32,000 nt of DNA from Xylanibacter ruminicola 23 (GTDB lineage Bacteria > Bacteroidota > Bacteroidia > Bacteroidales > Bacteroidaceae), in NCBI RefSeq assembly GCF_000025925.1, contig NC_014033.1:960001-992000 (forward strand), written 5' to 3'. The notes beneath the pieces are model-generated. The model had not been told where the DNA came from and ran no database searches. It worked only from the letters and a program-made list of their open reading frames with translations. A program made the position numbers and the translations under genes. Shown one piece after another: positions 23,078-32,000 of this stretch; the stretch's first letter is position 1; each line of letters begins with the position of its first letter.

Positions 23078-23788
23078 TTATTTGATGTAGAAATCCTTAG
23101 TAAGATTATGATACCAATCGCTGCGCTGACCTGGGCATGATTCTAATACTTGCTCCTCGAAATTAACTTGTTCTACGGGATGCTTTCTGAATTCTACCAG
23201 ATGACGTTTCGGGAGTTTATTGGGCGTAGTTTTAATCAGACAGATTCTAGTTAGGAATAATCCCTCGAAAGCTGCGGCAGACTCTACGTTATCCTGATTG
23301 TCGGCAGGAATAACCAGCGACAGAATGCCGTTTGGTTTCAGCAGTTTGCTGGCAGCGTGCATTAAGCTTTCGTACGTTAAACTTACAGCGTGACGGGCCA
23401 GTGTGCGCTGATCCTGCGGACACGTGAGAGAATCAACGAAATATGGCGGATTGCACACGATGGCATCATACCCTGCTTTGTCGTCTATTTTTGTAGCATC
23501 TTCTCTATTTATCATAATCCGGTCGGAAAATGGAGAACCTACTACATTTTCCTGGGCTTGCTGGGCGGCATCTTCGTCGATGTCAATGCCTGTAACCTGC
23601 GCCTCGGGAAAGCGCTGAGCCATCATCAGGGCTACCAGTCCGGTGCCCGTTCCAATGTCAAGAATACGTGCTGCTGCAACGGGTGCATTTGCCCATGCGC
23701 CCAGCAGTGTGCCATCAGTACCCACCTTCATGGCGCAACGGTCCTGATAAACAGTGAATTGTTTGAATTGAAAGCTGTTTTTTGCCAT
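23078..23788 (-). CDS. trmN6: tRNA1(Val) (adenine37-N6)-methyltransferase-like SAM-dependent methyltransferase (YfiC/TrmN6 family)
   Basis: FQFKQFTVYQDRCAMKVGTDGTLLGAWA is the typical YfiC N-terminus. SAM motif I is ILDIGTGTGLVALMMAQR. The catalytic motif is VCNPPYF. Confidence 0.85.
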   Translation of the reverse strand: MAKNSFQFKQFTVYQDRCAMKVGTDGTLLGAWANAPVAAARILDIGTGTGLVALMMAQRFPEAQVTGIDIDEDAAQQAQENVVGSPFSDRIMINREDATKIDDKAGYDAIVCNPPYFVDSLTCPQDQRTLARHAVSLTYESLMHAASKLLKPNGILSLVIPADNQDNVESAAAFEGLFLTRICLIKTTPNKLPKRHLVEFRKHPVEQVNFEEQVLESCPGQRSDWYHNLTKDFYIK

Positions 23789-23796
23789 AATCGCGG

Positions 23797-23804
23797 CAAA
23801 GTTA
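23797..23804 (-). promoter_or_regulatory. -7 promoter box TAACTTTG for the methyltransferase gene
   Basis: The plus strand reads CAAAGTTA. Only 8 nt (CCGCGATT) separate it from the ATG at 23788. Confidence 0.55.
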
Positions 23805-23858
23805 CTAATAATTTGTTAATTCTTGCCCCTTTCGTACGTATTTCTTAATTTTTATTAG

Positions 23859-23866
23859 TAACTTTG
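23859..23866 (+). promoter_or_regulatory. -7 promoter box TAACTTTG for the lon string
   Basis: Exact match, 24 nt upstream of the ATG at 23891. The ORF-track TTG start at 23864 is part of this box. Confidence 0.55.
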
Positions 23867-23890
23867 CACCCCGATTTAATAAATTTGAAA

Positions 23891-26347
23891 ATGAGTAATC
23901 AGAATAACAATTCAGCATTTCAGATGATTGCTGATGTAGATGGAGATTTGAAGGATTTTTTGAATGTTCACACGCCCGACCGTGTGCCCATTCTGGCTTT
24001 GCGCAATATGGTTCTGTTCCCCGGTGTGGTAACGCCGATTCTTATTGGTCGTCAGACCAGCAAAGCTTTGGTTGAAAAAGCTGAGAAGAAAGGTTTGATA
24101 ATTGGCGTTGTAGCCCAGCGCGATCCTGATGTGGACTATCCCGATAAGCACGACCTGTATGAGGTGGGTGTTTATGCCAAGGTGATGAAGCTCCTCACTC
24201 TACCCAATGGCAATATTACCGCCATTCTGCAGGGTCTGGGACGTTTGGAGCTGAACGAGATTGTATCTACCTCGCCTTATCTTGAGGGTGATGTAACTGC
24301 ACTCGAGGAGGATCTGCCCGATCCAAAGGATCGTGAGTTTAATACGGCTGTGGCCGATCTTCGCGATATGGTTAGCAAATACGTTACGGTCTCGGATGAG
24401 ATCCCCGACGAGGCCAGCTTTGCTATCAAGAATATCTCGAACACGGTGATGATGCTCAACTTTGTATGCACCAACATGCCGTTCAACTACAAGGAGAAGC
24501 AGAAACTGCTGGAAATCGGTCTCGTAAAGGAGCGCCTGTTTACCACCATGAAGATGCTGAACCGCGAGATTAACCTGCAGAACCTGAAGGCTGATATCCG
24601 TAACAAGACCCGTGAGGATATCGACGAACAGCAGCGTAACTACTTCCTGCAGCAGCAGATTAAGAATATGCAGGCCGAGATGGGTAACGGTGAGTCGCCT
24701 GAGAAGCACGAACTGCTTACCAAAGGCCGCTACAAGATGTGGAAGTACGAGATGGCCAAGTATTTTCGTAAGGAGTGCGATAAGCTGGATAACCTGAATC
24801 CACAGAGTCCTGAGTATAACGTGCAGCTTACTTACCTGCAGACGCTGGTAAACCTGCCTTGGGGCGAATATACCGTTGACGACCTGAACCTGAAGCGTGC
24901 CAAGCGTATTCTGGATAAGGACCACTATGGTATGGAGAAGGTTAAGGAGCGTATCCTTGAGTATATGGCTGTGCTGGCCCTGCGTGGCGATCTGAAATCG
25001 CCTATCCTGTGCCTCTATGGCCCTCCAGGCGTTGGTAAGACATCGCTGGGTAAGTCGATTGCCGCTGCCATGAAGCGTAAGTACGTACGTGTTTCGCTTG
25101 GTGGTGTACACGACGAGGCTGAGATTCGCGGTCACCGTCGTACCTACATCGGCGCCATGCCCGGACGTATCATCAAGAGCATCCAGAAGGCTGGCTCTAG
25201 CAACCCCGTGTTTATTCTCGACGAGATCGACAAGGTAACACAGAATACCCATAATGGCGACCCTGCATCGGCCCTGCTCGAGGTGCTCGATCCTGAGCAG
25301 AACAATGCCTTCCACGATAACTATCTGGATGTGGATTACGACCTCTCAAAGGTGCTGTTCATCGCAACAGCCAACAACCTGAGCACTATTCCTCGTCCCC
25401 TACTCGACCGTATGGAGGTTATCGATGTAAGTGGTTATATTACAGAGGAAAAGATTGAAATCGCAAAGCGTCACTTGATACCACGCGAGCTGGATAATAC
25501 CGGTTTGAATATCAATTCAAGCCTGAAGCCTTCGTTCAATAAGGCTGCCATCGAGATGATTATTGAGCGTTATACCCGTGAGAGCGGTGTGCGCCAGCTC
25601 GAGAAGCAGATTAACAAGGCCCTGCGTAAGATTGCCTTCAAGCGCCAGATTGAGGACGGTGCCGAGTACAAGAAGATTACCCCCAACGAGCTGGAGGGAC
25701 TGCTTGGCAAGCCACCTTTCTATCGCGATATCTACCAGGGCAACGATTATGCCGGTGTGGTAACTGGTCTGGCCTGGACTGCGGTTGGCGGCGAGATTCT
25801 GTTTATCGAAACCTCGCTCTCAAAGGGCAAGGGCTCTAAGCTCACACTTACCGGTAACCTGGGCGATGTGATGAAGGAGTCGGCCATCCTGGCTGTTGAG
25901 TACGTAAAGGCCCATGCCGAGACGCTCAACATCGACTACCGTGTGTTCGACAACTGGAACATCCACATCCATGTACCCGAGGGTGCTACACCTAAGGACG
26001 GTCCTTCGGCAGGTATCACCATCGCCACTTCTATCGCCTCTGCCCTCACCCAGCGTAAGGTGCGTAAGAACACCGCTATGACCGGTGAGATTACCCTGCG
26101 CGGAAAAGTGCTGCCCGTAGGTGGTATTAAGGAGAAGATTCTGGCCGCTAAGCGTGCCGGTATCACCGATATTGTGATGTGTCAGGAGAACGAGAAGGAT
26201 ATCCTGGAGATTCCTGATATGTACCTGAAGGGCGTTAACTTCCACTATGTGGAGAACGTGCAGGATGTATGGGATTTTGCCCTCACCGATGAGGTTGTAA
26301 AGAATCCGCTTGATTTCACCATTCCCGAAGAAAAAGAAAAGAAATAA
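23891..26347 (+). CDS. lon: ATP-dependent Lon protease (LonA)
   Basis: The LON N-domain reads [22 protein letters not shown]. Walker A is [24 protein letters not shown] is present. The protease domain carries [19 protein letters not shown] with the catalytic Ser, and the downstream [18 protein letters not shown]. Confidence 0.96.
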   Translation: MSNQNNNSAFQMIADVDGDLKDFLNVHTPDRVPILALRNMVLFPGVVTPILIGRQTSKALVEKAEKKGLIIGVVAQRDPDVDYPDKHDLYEVGVYAKVMKLLTLPNGNITAILQGLGRLELNEIVSTSPYLEGDVTALEEDLPDPKDREFNTAVADLRDMVSKYVTVSDEIPDEASFAIKNISNTVMMLNFVCTNMPFNYKEKQKLLEIGLVKERLFTTMKMLNREINLQNLKADIRNKTREDIDEQQRNYFLQQQIKNMQAEMGNGESPEKHELLTKGRYKMWKYEMAKYFRKECDKLDNLNPQSPEYNVQLTYLQTLVNLPWGEYTVDDLNLKRAKRILDKDHYGMEKVKERILEYMAVLALRGDLKSPILCLYGPPGVGKTSLGKSIAAAMKRKYVRVSLGGVHDEAEIRGHRRTYIGAMPGRIIKSIQKAGSSNPVFILDEIDKVTQNTHNGDPASALLEVLDPEQNNAFHDNYLDVDYDLSKVLFIATANNLSTIPRPLLDRMEVIDVSGYITEEKIEIAKRHLIPRELDNTGLNINSSLKPSFNKAAIEMIIERYTRESGVRQLEKQINKALRKIAFKRQIEDGAEYKKITPNELEGLLGKPPFYRDIYQGNDYAGVVTGLAWTAVGGEILFIETSLSKGKGSKLTLTGNLGDVMKESAILAVEYVKAHAETLNIDYRVFDNWNIHIHVPEGATPKDGPSAGITIATSIASALTQRKVRKNTAMTGEITLRGKVLPVGGIKEKILAAKRAGITDIVMCQENEKDILEIPDMYLKGVNFHYVENVQDVWDFALTDEVVKNPLDFTIPEEKEKK

Positions 26348-27490
26348 ATGAAGTTTGAAGTACAACATACCGATGCAGCCAGCGACGCCCGTGCGGGATT
26401 GATTACCACCGATCACGGACAGATCCAGACCCCTATCTTCATGCCTGTGGGCACAGTAGGTAGCGTAAAGGGTGTGCACTTTAGCGAACTGCGCGAGCAG
26501 GTTAAGGCACAGATTATCCTTGGTAACACCTATCACCTGTATCTGCGTCCCGGTCTCGACATTCTGCGCCAGGCTGGCGGTTTGCATAAGTTTAATACTT
26601 GGGATCGCCCTATCCTTACCGATTCGGGTGGTTTCCAGGTGTTTTCATTGACAGGCATTCGTAAGCTTCGTGAGGAAGGTTGTGAGTTCCGTAGTCATAT
26701 CGATGGTTCGAAGCATATTTTTACCCCCGAGAACGTGATGGACACCGAGCGTGTGATTGGTGCCGATATCATGATGGCGTTCGACGAGTGCCCACCGGGA
26801 CAGAGCGACTATAAGTATGCCGAGAACAGCTTGCGACTCACCCAGCGATGGCTGGAGCGCTGCGTAAAGCGTTTTAACGAAACCGAGCCCCTGTATGGCT
26901 ACAACCAGACGTTGTTCCCCATTGTACAGGGCTGTACCTATAAGGATCTGCGCCAGGATGCTGCCAAGCACGTGTGCGATGTGCTGGCCAAGCTGAACGA
27001 CGGCGGTGGTGCCTCGATTGGTGGACTGGCCGTGGGCGAGCCTACCGAGGTGATGTACGAGATGATCGAGGTGGTTAACGAGATTCTGCCTAAGGATCGT
27101 CCACGTTACCTGATGGGTGTTGGTACACCTCAGAACATCCTGGAGGGTATCGAGCGCGGTGTGGATATGTTCGACTGCGTAATGCCTACCCGTAACGGTC
27201 GTAATGCCATGCTCTTTACTTACGAGGGTACGATGAACATGCGTAACAAGAAATGGGAGAACGATTTCTCGCCTATCGATCCCGATGGCTGCGAGATCGA
27301 CCGCATACATAGCAAGGCCTACCTGCACCACCTGTTCAAGGCCCAGGAGCTGCTGGCCATGCAGATAGCCTCGATTCATAACCTGGCATTCTATCTGCGC
27401 TTGGTGGGCGACGCCCGACAGCACATCATTGCAGGCGACTTTGTACAGTGGAAACGTTCGGTTATCGATCAATTAGGAAGAAGACGATGA
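26348..27490 (+). CDS. tgt: Queuine tRNA-ribosyltransferase
   Basis: ...ARAGLITTDHGQIQTPIFMPVGT...LTDSGGFQVFSL...GLAVGEP...YLMGVGTPQNILEGIERGVDMFDCVMPTRNGRNA.... The ATG directly abuts the lon TAA. Confidence 0.96.
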   Translation: MKFEVQHTDAASDARAGLITTDHGQIQTPIFMPVGTVGSVKGVHFSELREQVKAQIILGNTYHLYLRPGLDILRQAGGLHKFNTWDRPILTDSGGFQVFSLTGIRKLREEGCEFRSHIDGSKHIFTPENVMDTERVIGADIMMAFDECPPGQSDYKYAENSLRLTQRWLERCVKRFNETEPLYGYNQTLFPIVQGCTYKDLRQDAAKHVCDVLAKLNDGGGASIGGLAVGEPTEVMYEMIEVVNEILPKDRPRYLMGVGTPQNILEGIERGVDMFDCVMPTRNGRNAMLFTYEGTMNMRNKKWENDFSPIDPDGCEIDRIHSKAYLHHLFKAQELLAMQIASIHNLAFYLRLVGDARQHIIAGDFVQWKRSVIDQLGRRR

Positions 27491-28668
27491 AAGAAGCATT
27501 TCGTAAGATAAAACATTGGCTGCGATGGCTGCGCTGGCTTAAATGCCTGAGATGCCTGAAGGTGCTGAATCCGTTCAGATACCTTAAAAGGCTCGACCGC
27601 TACATCATAGCCAAGTTTATTGGTACTTACATCTTCTCGATTATCCTCATCATCTCTATCTCGATAGTGTTTGATGTGAACGAGAACCTGGCTAAGTTCT
27701 CTACCTATAACGCACCGCTCAAGGCGATTGTATTTGATTACTACGCCAACTTTGTGCCCTACTTCGCTAACCTGTTCTCACCGTTGTTTGTGTTTATTGC
27801 CGTCATCTTCTTTACCAGTAAGCTGGCGGGCAATAGCGAGATTATAGCCATGCTGGCAGCCGGTGTAAGCTTTAAGCGCCTGCTGCGCCCTTATATGATA
27901 TCGGCGGCATTGATTGCTGCCGTTAACTTTTATCTGGGTGGCTATGTGATTCCTAAGGGCAACCAGGTTAAGATGGATTTCGAGGCCAAGTACAAGAACA
28001 AGGAGCGTAACCTTTCGGCCAGCAACGTGCAGCTGATGGTGCAGCCGGGTGTGATTGCCTATCTGCAGCAGTACGACGATGTGACCAAGACGGGTTACGG
28101 TTTCTCGCTCGATAAGTTCGAGAACAAGAAGCTGGTGAGCCACATGACGGCTTCGGTTATCCGCTACGATTCTATCAGCGACAGCCGTTACCACTGGAAG
28201 GCTCAGAGCTATAAGATACGTACGCTGAAGGGCCTGCGCGAGGAGATCGAATCGGGTGCCGTTATCGATACCCTGATACAGATGGAGCCTATGGACCTGG
28301 TGTTCTCGAAAGGACAGCAGGAAACCCTTACCTCTACCGAGCTGAGCGATTATATCTCGAAGCAGGTTGAGCGCGGATCGGTTAACGTGGTGCAGTACGA
28401 GGTTGAGTACCACAAGCGCATAGCCACCTCGTTTGCATCGTTTATCCTCACCATGATTGGTGTGTCGCTGTCAAGTCGCAAGCGTAAGGGCGGCATGGGT
28501 ATGTACCTGGGTATAGGTCTGGCCCTGTCGTTCGGTTACATCCTGCTGCAGACTATCAGTGCCACCTTTGCCATCAATGCCGACACGCCTGCGCTGTTGG
28601 CTGCATGGATACCTAACTTATTATATGTAATCATAGCATACTTCTGCTACAGACAAGCCCCTAATTAA
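27487..28668 (+). CDS. LptF/LptG (YjgP/YjgQ) family permease; the start codon is uncertain
   Basis: ...LDRYIIAKFIGTYIFSIILII... is the family N-terminus, followed by multiple TM segments and a periplasmic beta-jellyroll-sized insert. The ATG at 27487 overlaps the tgt stop as ATGA. An alternative GTG at 27562 would remove the repeat-encoded extension. Confidence 0.85.
   Translation: MKEAFRKIKHWLRWLRWLKCLRCLKVLNPFRYLKRLDRYIIAKFIGTYIFSIILIISISIVFDVNENLAKFSTYNAPLKAIVFDYYANFVPYFANLFSPLFVFIAVIFFTSKLAGNSEIIAMLAAGVSFKRLLRPYMISAALIAAVNFYLGGYVIPKGNQVKMDFEAKYKNKERNLSASNVQLMVQPGVIAYLQQYDDVTKTGYGFSLDKFENKKLVSHMTASVIRYDSISDSRYHWKAQSYKIRTLKGLREEIESGAVIDTLIQMEPMDLVFSKGQQETLTSTELSDYISKQVERGSVNVVQYEVEYHKRIATSFASFILTMIGVSLSSRKRKGGMGMYLGIGLALSFGYILLQTISATFAINADTPALLAAWIPNLLYVIIAYFCYRQAPN
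27517..27570 (+). repeat. 9-nt tandem repeat x6 (TGGCTGCGA TGGCTGCGC TGGCTTAAA TGCCTGAGA TGCCTGAAG GTGCTGAAT)
   Basis: Read directly. The repeat is in frame with the lptF/G-like ORF and encodes WLR WLR WLK CLR CLK VLN. Confidence 0.85.
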
Positions 28669-30008
28669 TGAAATTTGAAGAAACATATTTGAACGATAAT
28701 ATTCTCGATGCGCTGTACGACATGCACTTCGAAGATATGACACCCATCCAGGAGCAGTGTATACCTGAGATTTTGGATGGATACGATGTGCTGGGTGTGG
28801 CCCAGACTGGTACCGGAAAAACCGCAGCCTACCTGCTGCCAATCCTTTCAGAACTCGACGATGGCGACTATCCCAAGGATGCCATCAACGCCGTCATCAT
28901 GTCGCCAACCCGCGAGCTGGCACAGCAGATCGATCAGGCCATGCAGGGCTTTGGTTATTACCTCGATGATGTGAGCAGCGTGGCTGTTTACGGTGGTAAC
29001 GATGGTAACCGCTACGATCAGGAGCTGCGCTCGATGCGTATGGGTGCCGATGTGCTGATTGCCACACCAGGCCGATTGCTCAGTCACCTCAAGGTGGGTA
29101 ATCTCGACCTCTCTCGTTGCTCGTTCTTTGTGCTCGATGAGGCCGACCGCATGCTGGATATGGGCTTTATCGAGGATATCATGAAGATTGTAAAGGAGTT
29201 GCCTGCCAGCTGTCAGCGCATCATGTTCTCGGCCACCATGCCAAAGAAGATACGTGAGCTGGCCGTACAGCTGCTGCACAACCCCGTTGAGATACAGATT
29301 GCCGTATCAAAGCCCGCCGAGAAGATTCACCAGATGGCTTACGTGTGCTATGAGCCACAGAAGCTGAAGATTATTCAGGACATCTTTAAGAAAGGCGACC
29401 TGCAGCGCGTCATCATCTTCTCAGGTAAGAAGGAGCGTGTAAAGGAGGTTACCCGCAAACTGAAGTCGATGCACATTAACTGCGACCAGATGCACTCCGA
29501 CCTCTCGCAGGCCGAGCGCGATGAGGCTATGTATCGTTTTAAGGCCGGACAGACCGATGTGCTGGTGGCTACCGATATTGTGGCCCGTGGTATCGATATC
29601 GACGATATCCGACTGGTTATCAACTACGATGTGCCTTCTGATAGCGAGGATTACGTACACCGTATCGGTCGTACCGCCCGTGCCGATCGCGATGGCGAGG
29701 CCATCACTTTTGTGAGCGACGATGACATGTACCGCTTCCAAAGCATCGAGCACTTCTTAGGTAAGGAAGTTGAGAAGCTGCCCCTGCCCGAAGGTTTGGG
29801 CGAGGCTCCCGAATATAAGAAACGCGAAAAGAAACCTACCAGTCGCCGCAACGGTCGCTGGCACTCCAAGGGCCACGGCGGTCACGGAGGTGGTGGCAAA
29901 GGCCACGGCACTGGCAAAGGCAAGGGCCAAGGCAAGCAGGGCCAAGGCAAACCCCAAGGCCAAGGCAAACCACAAGGTAAGCCCAAAGCCCCTAAAAATA
30001 ATGTTTAA
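28668..30008 (+). CDS. DEAD-box ATP-dependent RNA helicase (RhlE-like) with a basic G/K/Q-rich C-terminal tail
   Basis: The Q motif is F.DMTPIQEQ. Motif I is AQTGTGKTAAY. Also present are PTRELA, DEAD (VLDEADRM), SAT, and HRIGRTARA. The tail reads GHGGHGGGGKGHGTGKGKGQGKQGQGKPQGQGKPQGKPK. The ATG overlaps the upstream TAA as TAATG. Confidence 0.93.
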   Translation: MKFEETYLNDNILDALYDMHFEDMTPIQEQCIPEILDGYDVLGVAQTGTGKTAAYLLPILSELDDGDYPKDAINAVIMSPTRELAQQIDQAMQGFGYYLDDVSSVAVYGGNDGNRYDQELRSMRMGADVLIATPGRLLSHLKVGNLDLSRCSFFVLDEADRMLDMGFIEDIMKIVKELPASCQRIMFSATMPKKIRELAVQLLHNPVEIQIAVSKPAEKIHQMAYVCYEPQKLKIIQDIFKKGDLQRVIIFSGKKERVKEVTRKLKSMHINCDQMHSDLSQAERDEAMYRFKAGQTDVLVATDIVARGIDIDDIRLVINYDVPSDSEDYVHRIGRTARADRDGEAITFVSDDDMYRFQSIEHFLGKEVEKLPLPEGLGEAPEYKKREKKPTSRRNGRWHSKGHGGHGGGGKGHGTGKGKGQGKQGQGKPQGQGKPQGKPKAPKNNV

Positions 30009-30033
30009 TGTTTAATCTTTAATCTTTAATGAT
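29999..30033. repeat. Family B heptamer tandem repeat, copy B2: 5 units (TAATGTT x2, TAATCTT x2, TAATGAT)
   Basis: Read directly. The helicase stop TAA (30006-30008) and the ispE ATG (30029-30031) are both supplied by repeat units. Confidence 0.9.
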
Positions 30034-30862
30034 AACATTTCCTATAGCAAAGATCAATCTCGGTCTGAACGTTGTCGAGAAGCGTGCTGATGGTTATCAC
30101 AACCTGCAGACGGTGTTCTTCCCCGTGCCCCTGCTCGATGCGCTCGATGTGCAGGAGATGGGCGCCGAGTTCCCCTCGCAGTATGATTGCGACCTGAAGG
30201 TGTCGAACATCCATATCGATGGCGACGAGCAGCGCAACCTGGTAGTTCGTGCCTACAACCTGTTGAAGCAGGATTTTCCTGATATGCCTCGCGTGCACGC
30301 GCACCTGTATAAAGGTATCCCCACGCAGGCTGGTATGGGTGGCGGATCGAGCGATTGCGGCTTTATGATTACGCTGCTTAACAAGATGTTTAACCTAGGG
30401 CTGAGCGATGAGCAGATGATACAGTATGCCGCCCGTCTGGGTGCCGACTGCGCCTTCTTTATCCTCAACAAGCCTTGCTATGCCGAGGGTATCGGCGAAA
30501 AACTGCAGCCCATACAGCTCTCATTATCAGGCTGGTATCTCTCGTTGGTTCGACCAGACATTCCGGTTTCTACCCGCGAGGCCTTCGCGCTCATAAAACC
30601 CCACTACCCCGAGTTTAACTGTAAAGAGGTAGTACAGTTGCCCGTTGAAGAGTGGCGTGGCAAACTAACTAACGATTTCGAGGACAGCGTGTTTGCTGTG
30701 CATCCCGAGTTAGGTGCCGTTAAGGATCGCCTGTATCAGCTGGGTGCCACCTATGCTGCCATGTCGGGTTCGGGCTCTACCCTGTTTGCCCTGTCAAAGC
30801 AGCCGCTTAATCTCGATGAGTTCGCTCAAGAGGGAACATTTATTACAACTATATCAATATAA
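30029..30862 (+). CDS. ispE: 4-(cytidine 5'-diphospho)-2-C-methyl-D-erythritol kinase
   Basis: MITFPIAKINLGLNVVEKRADGYHNLQTVF... and the GHMP kinase motif IPTQAGMGGGSSDCG. Confidence 0.93.
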   Translation: MITFPIAKINLGLNVVEKRADGYHNLQTVFFPVPLLDALDVQEMGAEFPSQYDCDLKVSNIHIDGDEQRNLVVRAYNLLKQDFPDMPRVHAHLYKGIPTQAGMGGGSSDCGFMITLLNKMFNLGLSDEQMIQYAARLGADCAFFILNKPCYAEGIGEKLQPIQLSLSGWYLSLVRPDIPVSTREAFALIKPHYPEFNCKEVVQLPVEEWRGKLTNDFEDSVFAVHPELGAVKDRLYQLGATYAAMSGSGSTLFALSKQPLNLDEFAQEGTFITTISI

Positions 30863-30873
30863 TTTAAAACATT

Positions 30874-31914
30874 ATGAAACAAACAATCCTTGTTACTGGT
30901 GGAACCGGTTTTATCGGCAGTCACACCACTGTAGAGCTGCAGGAAGCAGGCTACGAAGTTGTTATCATCGACAACCTGTCGAACTCAAACGCAAATGTAG
31001 TGGATGGTATCGAGAAGATTACCGGCATTCGTCCTGCTTTTGAGAAGGTTGACTGCTGCGACATGGAGGCTCTCGAAGGCGTGTTTAAGAAGTACCCCAA
31101 GATCGAGGGTATCATCCACTTTGCAGCCTCGAAGGCTGTGGGTGAGAGCGTTGAGAAGCCACTGATGTACTATCGCAATAACCTCACATCGCTCATCAAC
31201 CTGCTGGAGCTCATGCCTAAGTACGATGTCAAGGGTATCATCTTCTCATCAAGCTGCACCGTTTACGGTCAGCCTTCACCCGAGAACCTGCCTGTTACCG
31301 AGAACGCTCCTATCCAGAAGGCTATGAGTCCTTACGGCAACACCAAGCAGGTAAACGAAGAGATTATCCAGGATTACATCCACTCTGGTGCACCTATCAA
31401 GAGCATTATCCTGCGTTACTTCAACCCCATCGGTGCCCACCCATCAGCACTCATCGGCGAGCTGCCTAACGGTGTGCCCATGAACCTCATTCCTTTCGTT
31501 ACACAGACTGCCATGGGTATCCGCGAGCAGCTGAAGATCTTCGGTAACGACTACAACACACCTGATAAGACCTGTATCCGCGACTATATCTATGTAGTTG
31601 ACCTGGCTAAGGCTCACGTAAAGGCTATGGAGCGCGTGCTTGATAAGCCAGAGTGCGAGGCTGTCGAGGTATTCAACATCGGTACCGGTAAGGGTCTTTC
31701 AACCCTCGAGGTTGTAGAGGGCTTCGAGAAGGCCACTGGCGTAAAGGTTAACTGGACCTACGCTCCACGTCGCGAGGGCGATATCGAGCAGGTTTGGGGT
31801 AATGTCGACAAGGCCAACAAGGTACTTGGCTGGAAGGCCGAGACGCCTACCGAGGAGATTCTGCGCACCGCATGGCGCTGGCAGCAGCAGCTCCGCGAGC
31901 GCGGCATCCAGTAA
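30874..31914 (+). CDS. galE: UDP-glucose 4-epimerase
   Basis: MKQTILVTGGTGFIGSHT (Rossmann GxxGxxG), SSSCTVYG, and the catalytic YGNTK (YxxxK). The length of about 346 aa is as expected. Confidence 0.95.
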   Translation: MKQTILVTGGTGFIGSHTTVELQEAGYEVVIIDNLSNSNANVVDGIEKITGIRPAFEKVDCCDMEALEGVFKKYPKIEGIIHFAASKAVGESVEKPLMYYRNNLTSLINLLELMPKYDVKGIIFSSSCTVYGQPSPENLPVTENAPIQKAMSPYGNTKQVNEEIIQDYIHSGAPIKSIILRYFNPIGAHPSALIGELPNGVPMNLIPFVTQTAMGIREQLKIFGNDYNTPDKTCIRDYIYVVDLAKAHVKAMERVLDKPECEAVEVFNIGTGKGLSTLEVVEGFEKATGVKVNWTYAPRREGDIEQVWGNVDKANKVLGWKAETPTEEILRTAWRWQQQLRERGIQ

Positions 31915-31928
31915 CTTCAAGATCCAAA

Positions 31929-31956
31929 GGAAGAACATCAGTGTTCTTCCTTTTTT
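31929..31956 (+). terminator. Intrinsic terminator after galE
   Basis: A perfect 9-bp stem, GGAAGAACA (31929-31937), loop TCAG, then TGTTCTTCC (31942-31950), followed by TTTTTT. Confidence 0.85.
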
Positions 31957-32000
31957 AAATCCATTTCTTTTTTTTGCATCCCGGTAATGCGGTGCGCCTA

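Noticed and set aside
29757-30015. Overlapping 70-80-aa ORFs on both strands across the helicase 3' end (29651-29869, 29757-29975, 29770-30015).
   Set aside because: These are artefacts of the GGC/AAG-rich tandem repeat that encodes the helicase tail. That repeat is stop-free in several frames.
1-32000. Looked for prophage, integrative element, toxin-antitoxin, restriction-modification or other defence-island signatures.
   Set aside because: No integrase, transposase, recombinase, tRNA attachment site, nuclease/ATPase defence pair or methyltransferase-restriction pair was found. The only methyltransferase has the YfiC/TrmN6 tRNA-modifying signature. Apart from the four-helix-bundle cassette, composition is uniform.

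Overview
The window looks like a chromosomal housekeeping region of a Bacteroidota genome, probably Bacteroidales or Prevotellaceae-like. The taxon call is inferred from three things: many TAnnTTTG -7 promoter boxes, no Shine-Dalgarno sequences upstream of start codons, and the DUF4835, DUF3127 and LptF/G-type gene families.

I call 28 protein genes packed into a few tight operon-like strings:
- pheT (5' partial), a four-helix-bundle ORF, and yebC.
- A small lipoprotein gene divergent from lepA and a crp-family gene.
- ruvC followed by modF-like, joined by an ATGA overlap.
- A PBP5-type carboxypeptidase gene converging on M15 peptidase, hppA and an acidic-tail protein gene.
- rarA, a TRIC-family gene, and dnaB.
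- dnaN, a DnaQ-like exonuclease, DUF4835, recN, and a TPR/trypsin-fold protein gene.
- DUF3127.
- trmN6-like.
- lon, tgt, lptF/G-family, a DEAD-box helicase, ispE, and galE.

I saw no rRNA, tRNA, CRISPR array, integrase, transposase or recognisable defence genes, so I cannot point to a clear new multi-gene system.

The structure that ordinary annotation does not explain is a set of short AT-rich tandem micro-repeat elements that exactly fill operon-internal spacers:
- Family A has the unit [T/A]ATTT[G/T]AC and occurs at 4 loci. One inverted pair brackets a compositionally foreign four-helix-bundle (23S-IVS-type) ORF in an IVS-like arrangement.
- Family B has the heptamer units TAATGTT and TAATCTT and occurs at 2 loci.

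Secondary points:
- DUF3127 next to dnaN has an SSB-like architecture ending in DDLPF.
- DnaB carries a C-terminal extension ending in EPLPF.
- An unknown protein has a roughly 70-aa polyacidic tail.
- A probably catalytically dead trypsin-fold/TPR protein sits at the end of the dnaN-recN string.
- ruvC is translationally coupled to a ModF/PhrA-like soluble tandem ABC ATPase.
- Three promoters lie only 8-9 nt from their ATG.
- A 9-nt x 6 in-frame repeat lies at the 5' end of the lptF/G-like gene.

All calls come from reading the sequence and the translations by eye. No database search was run.
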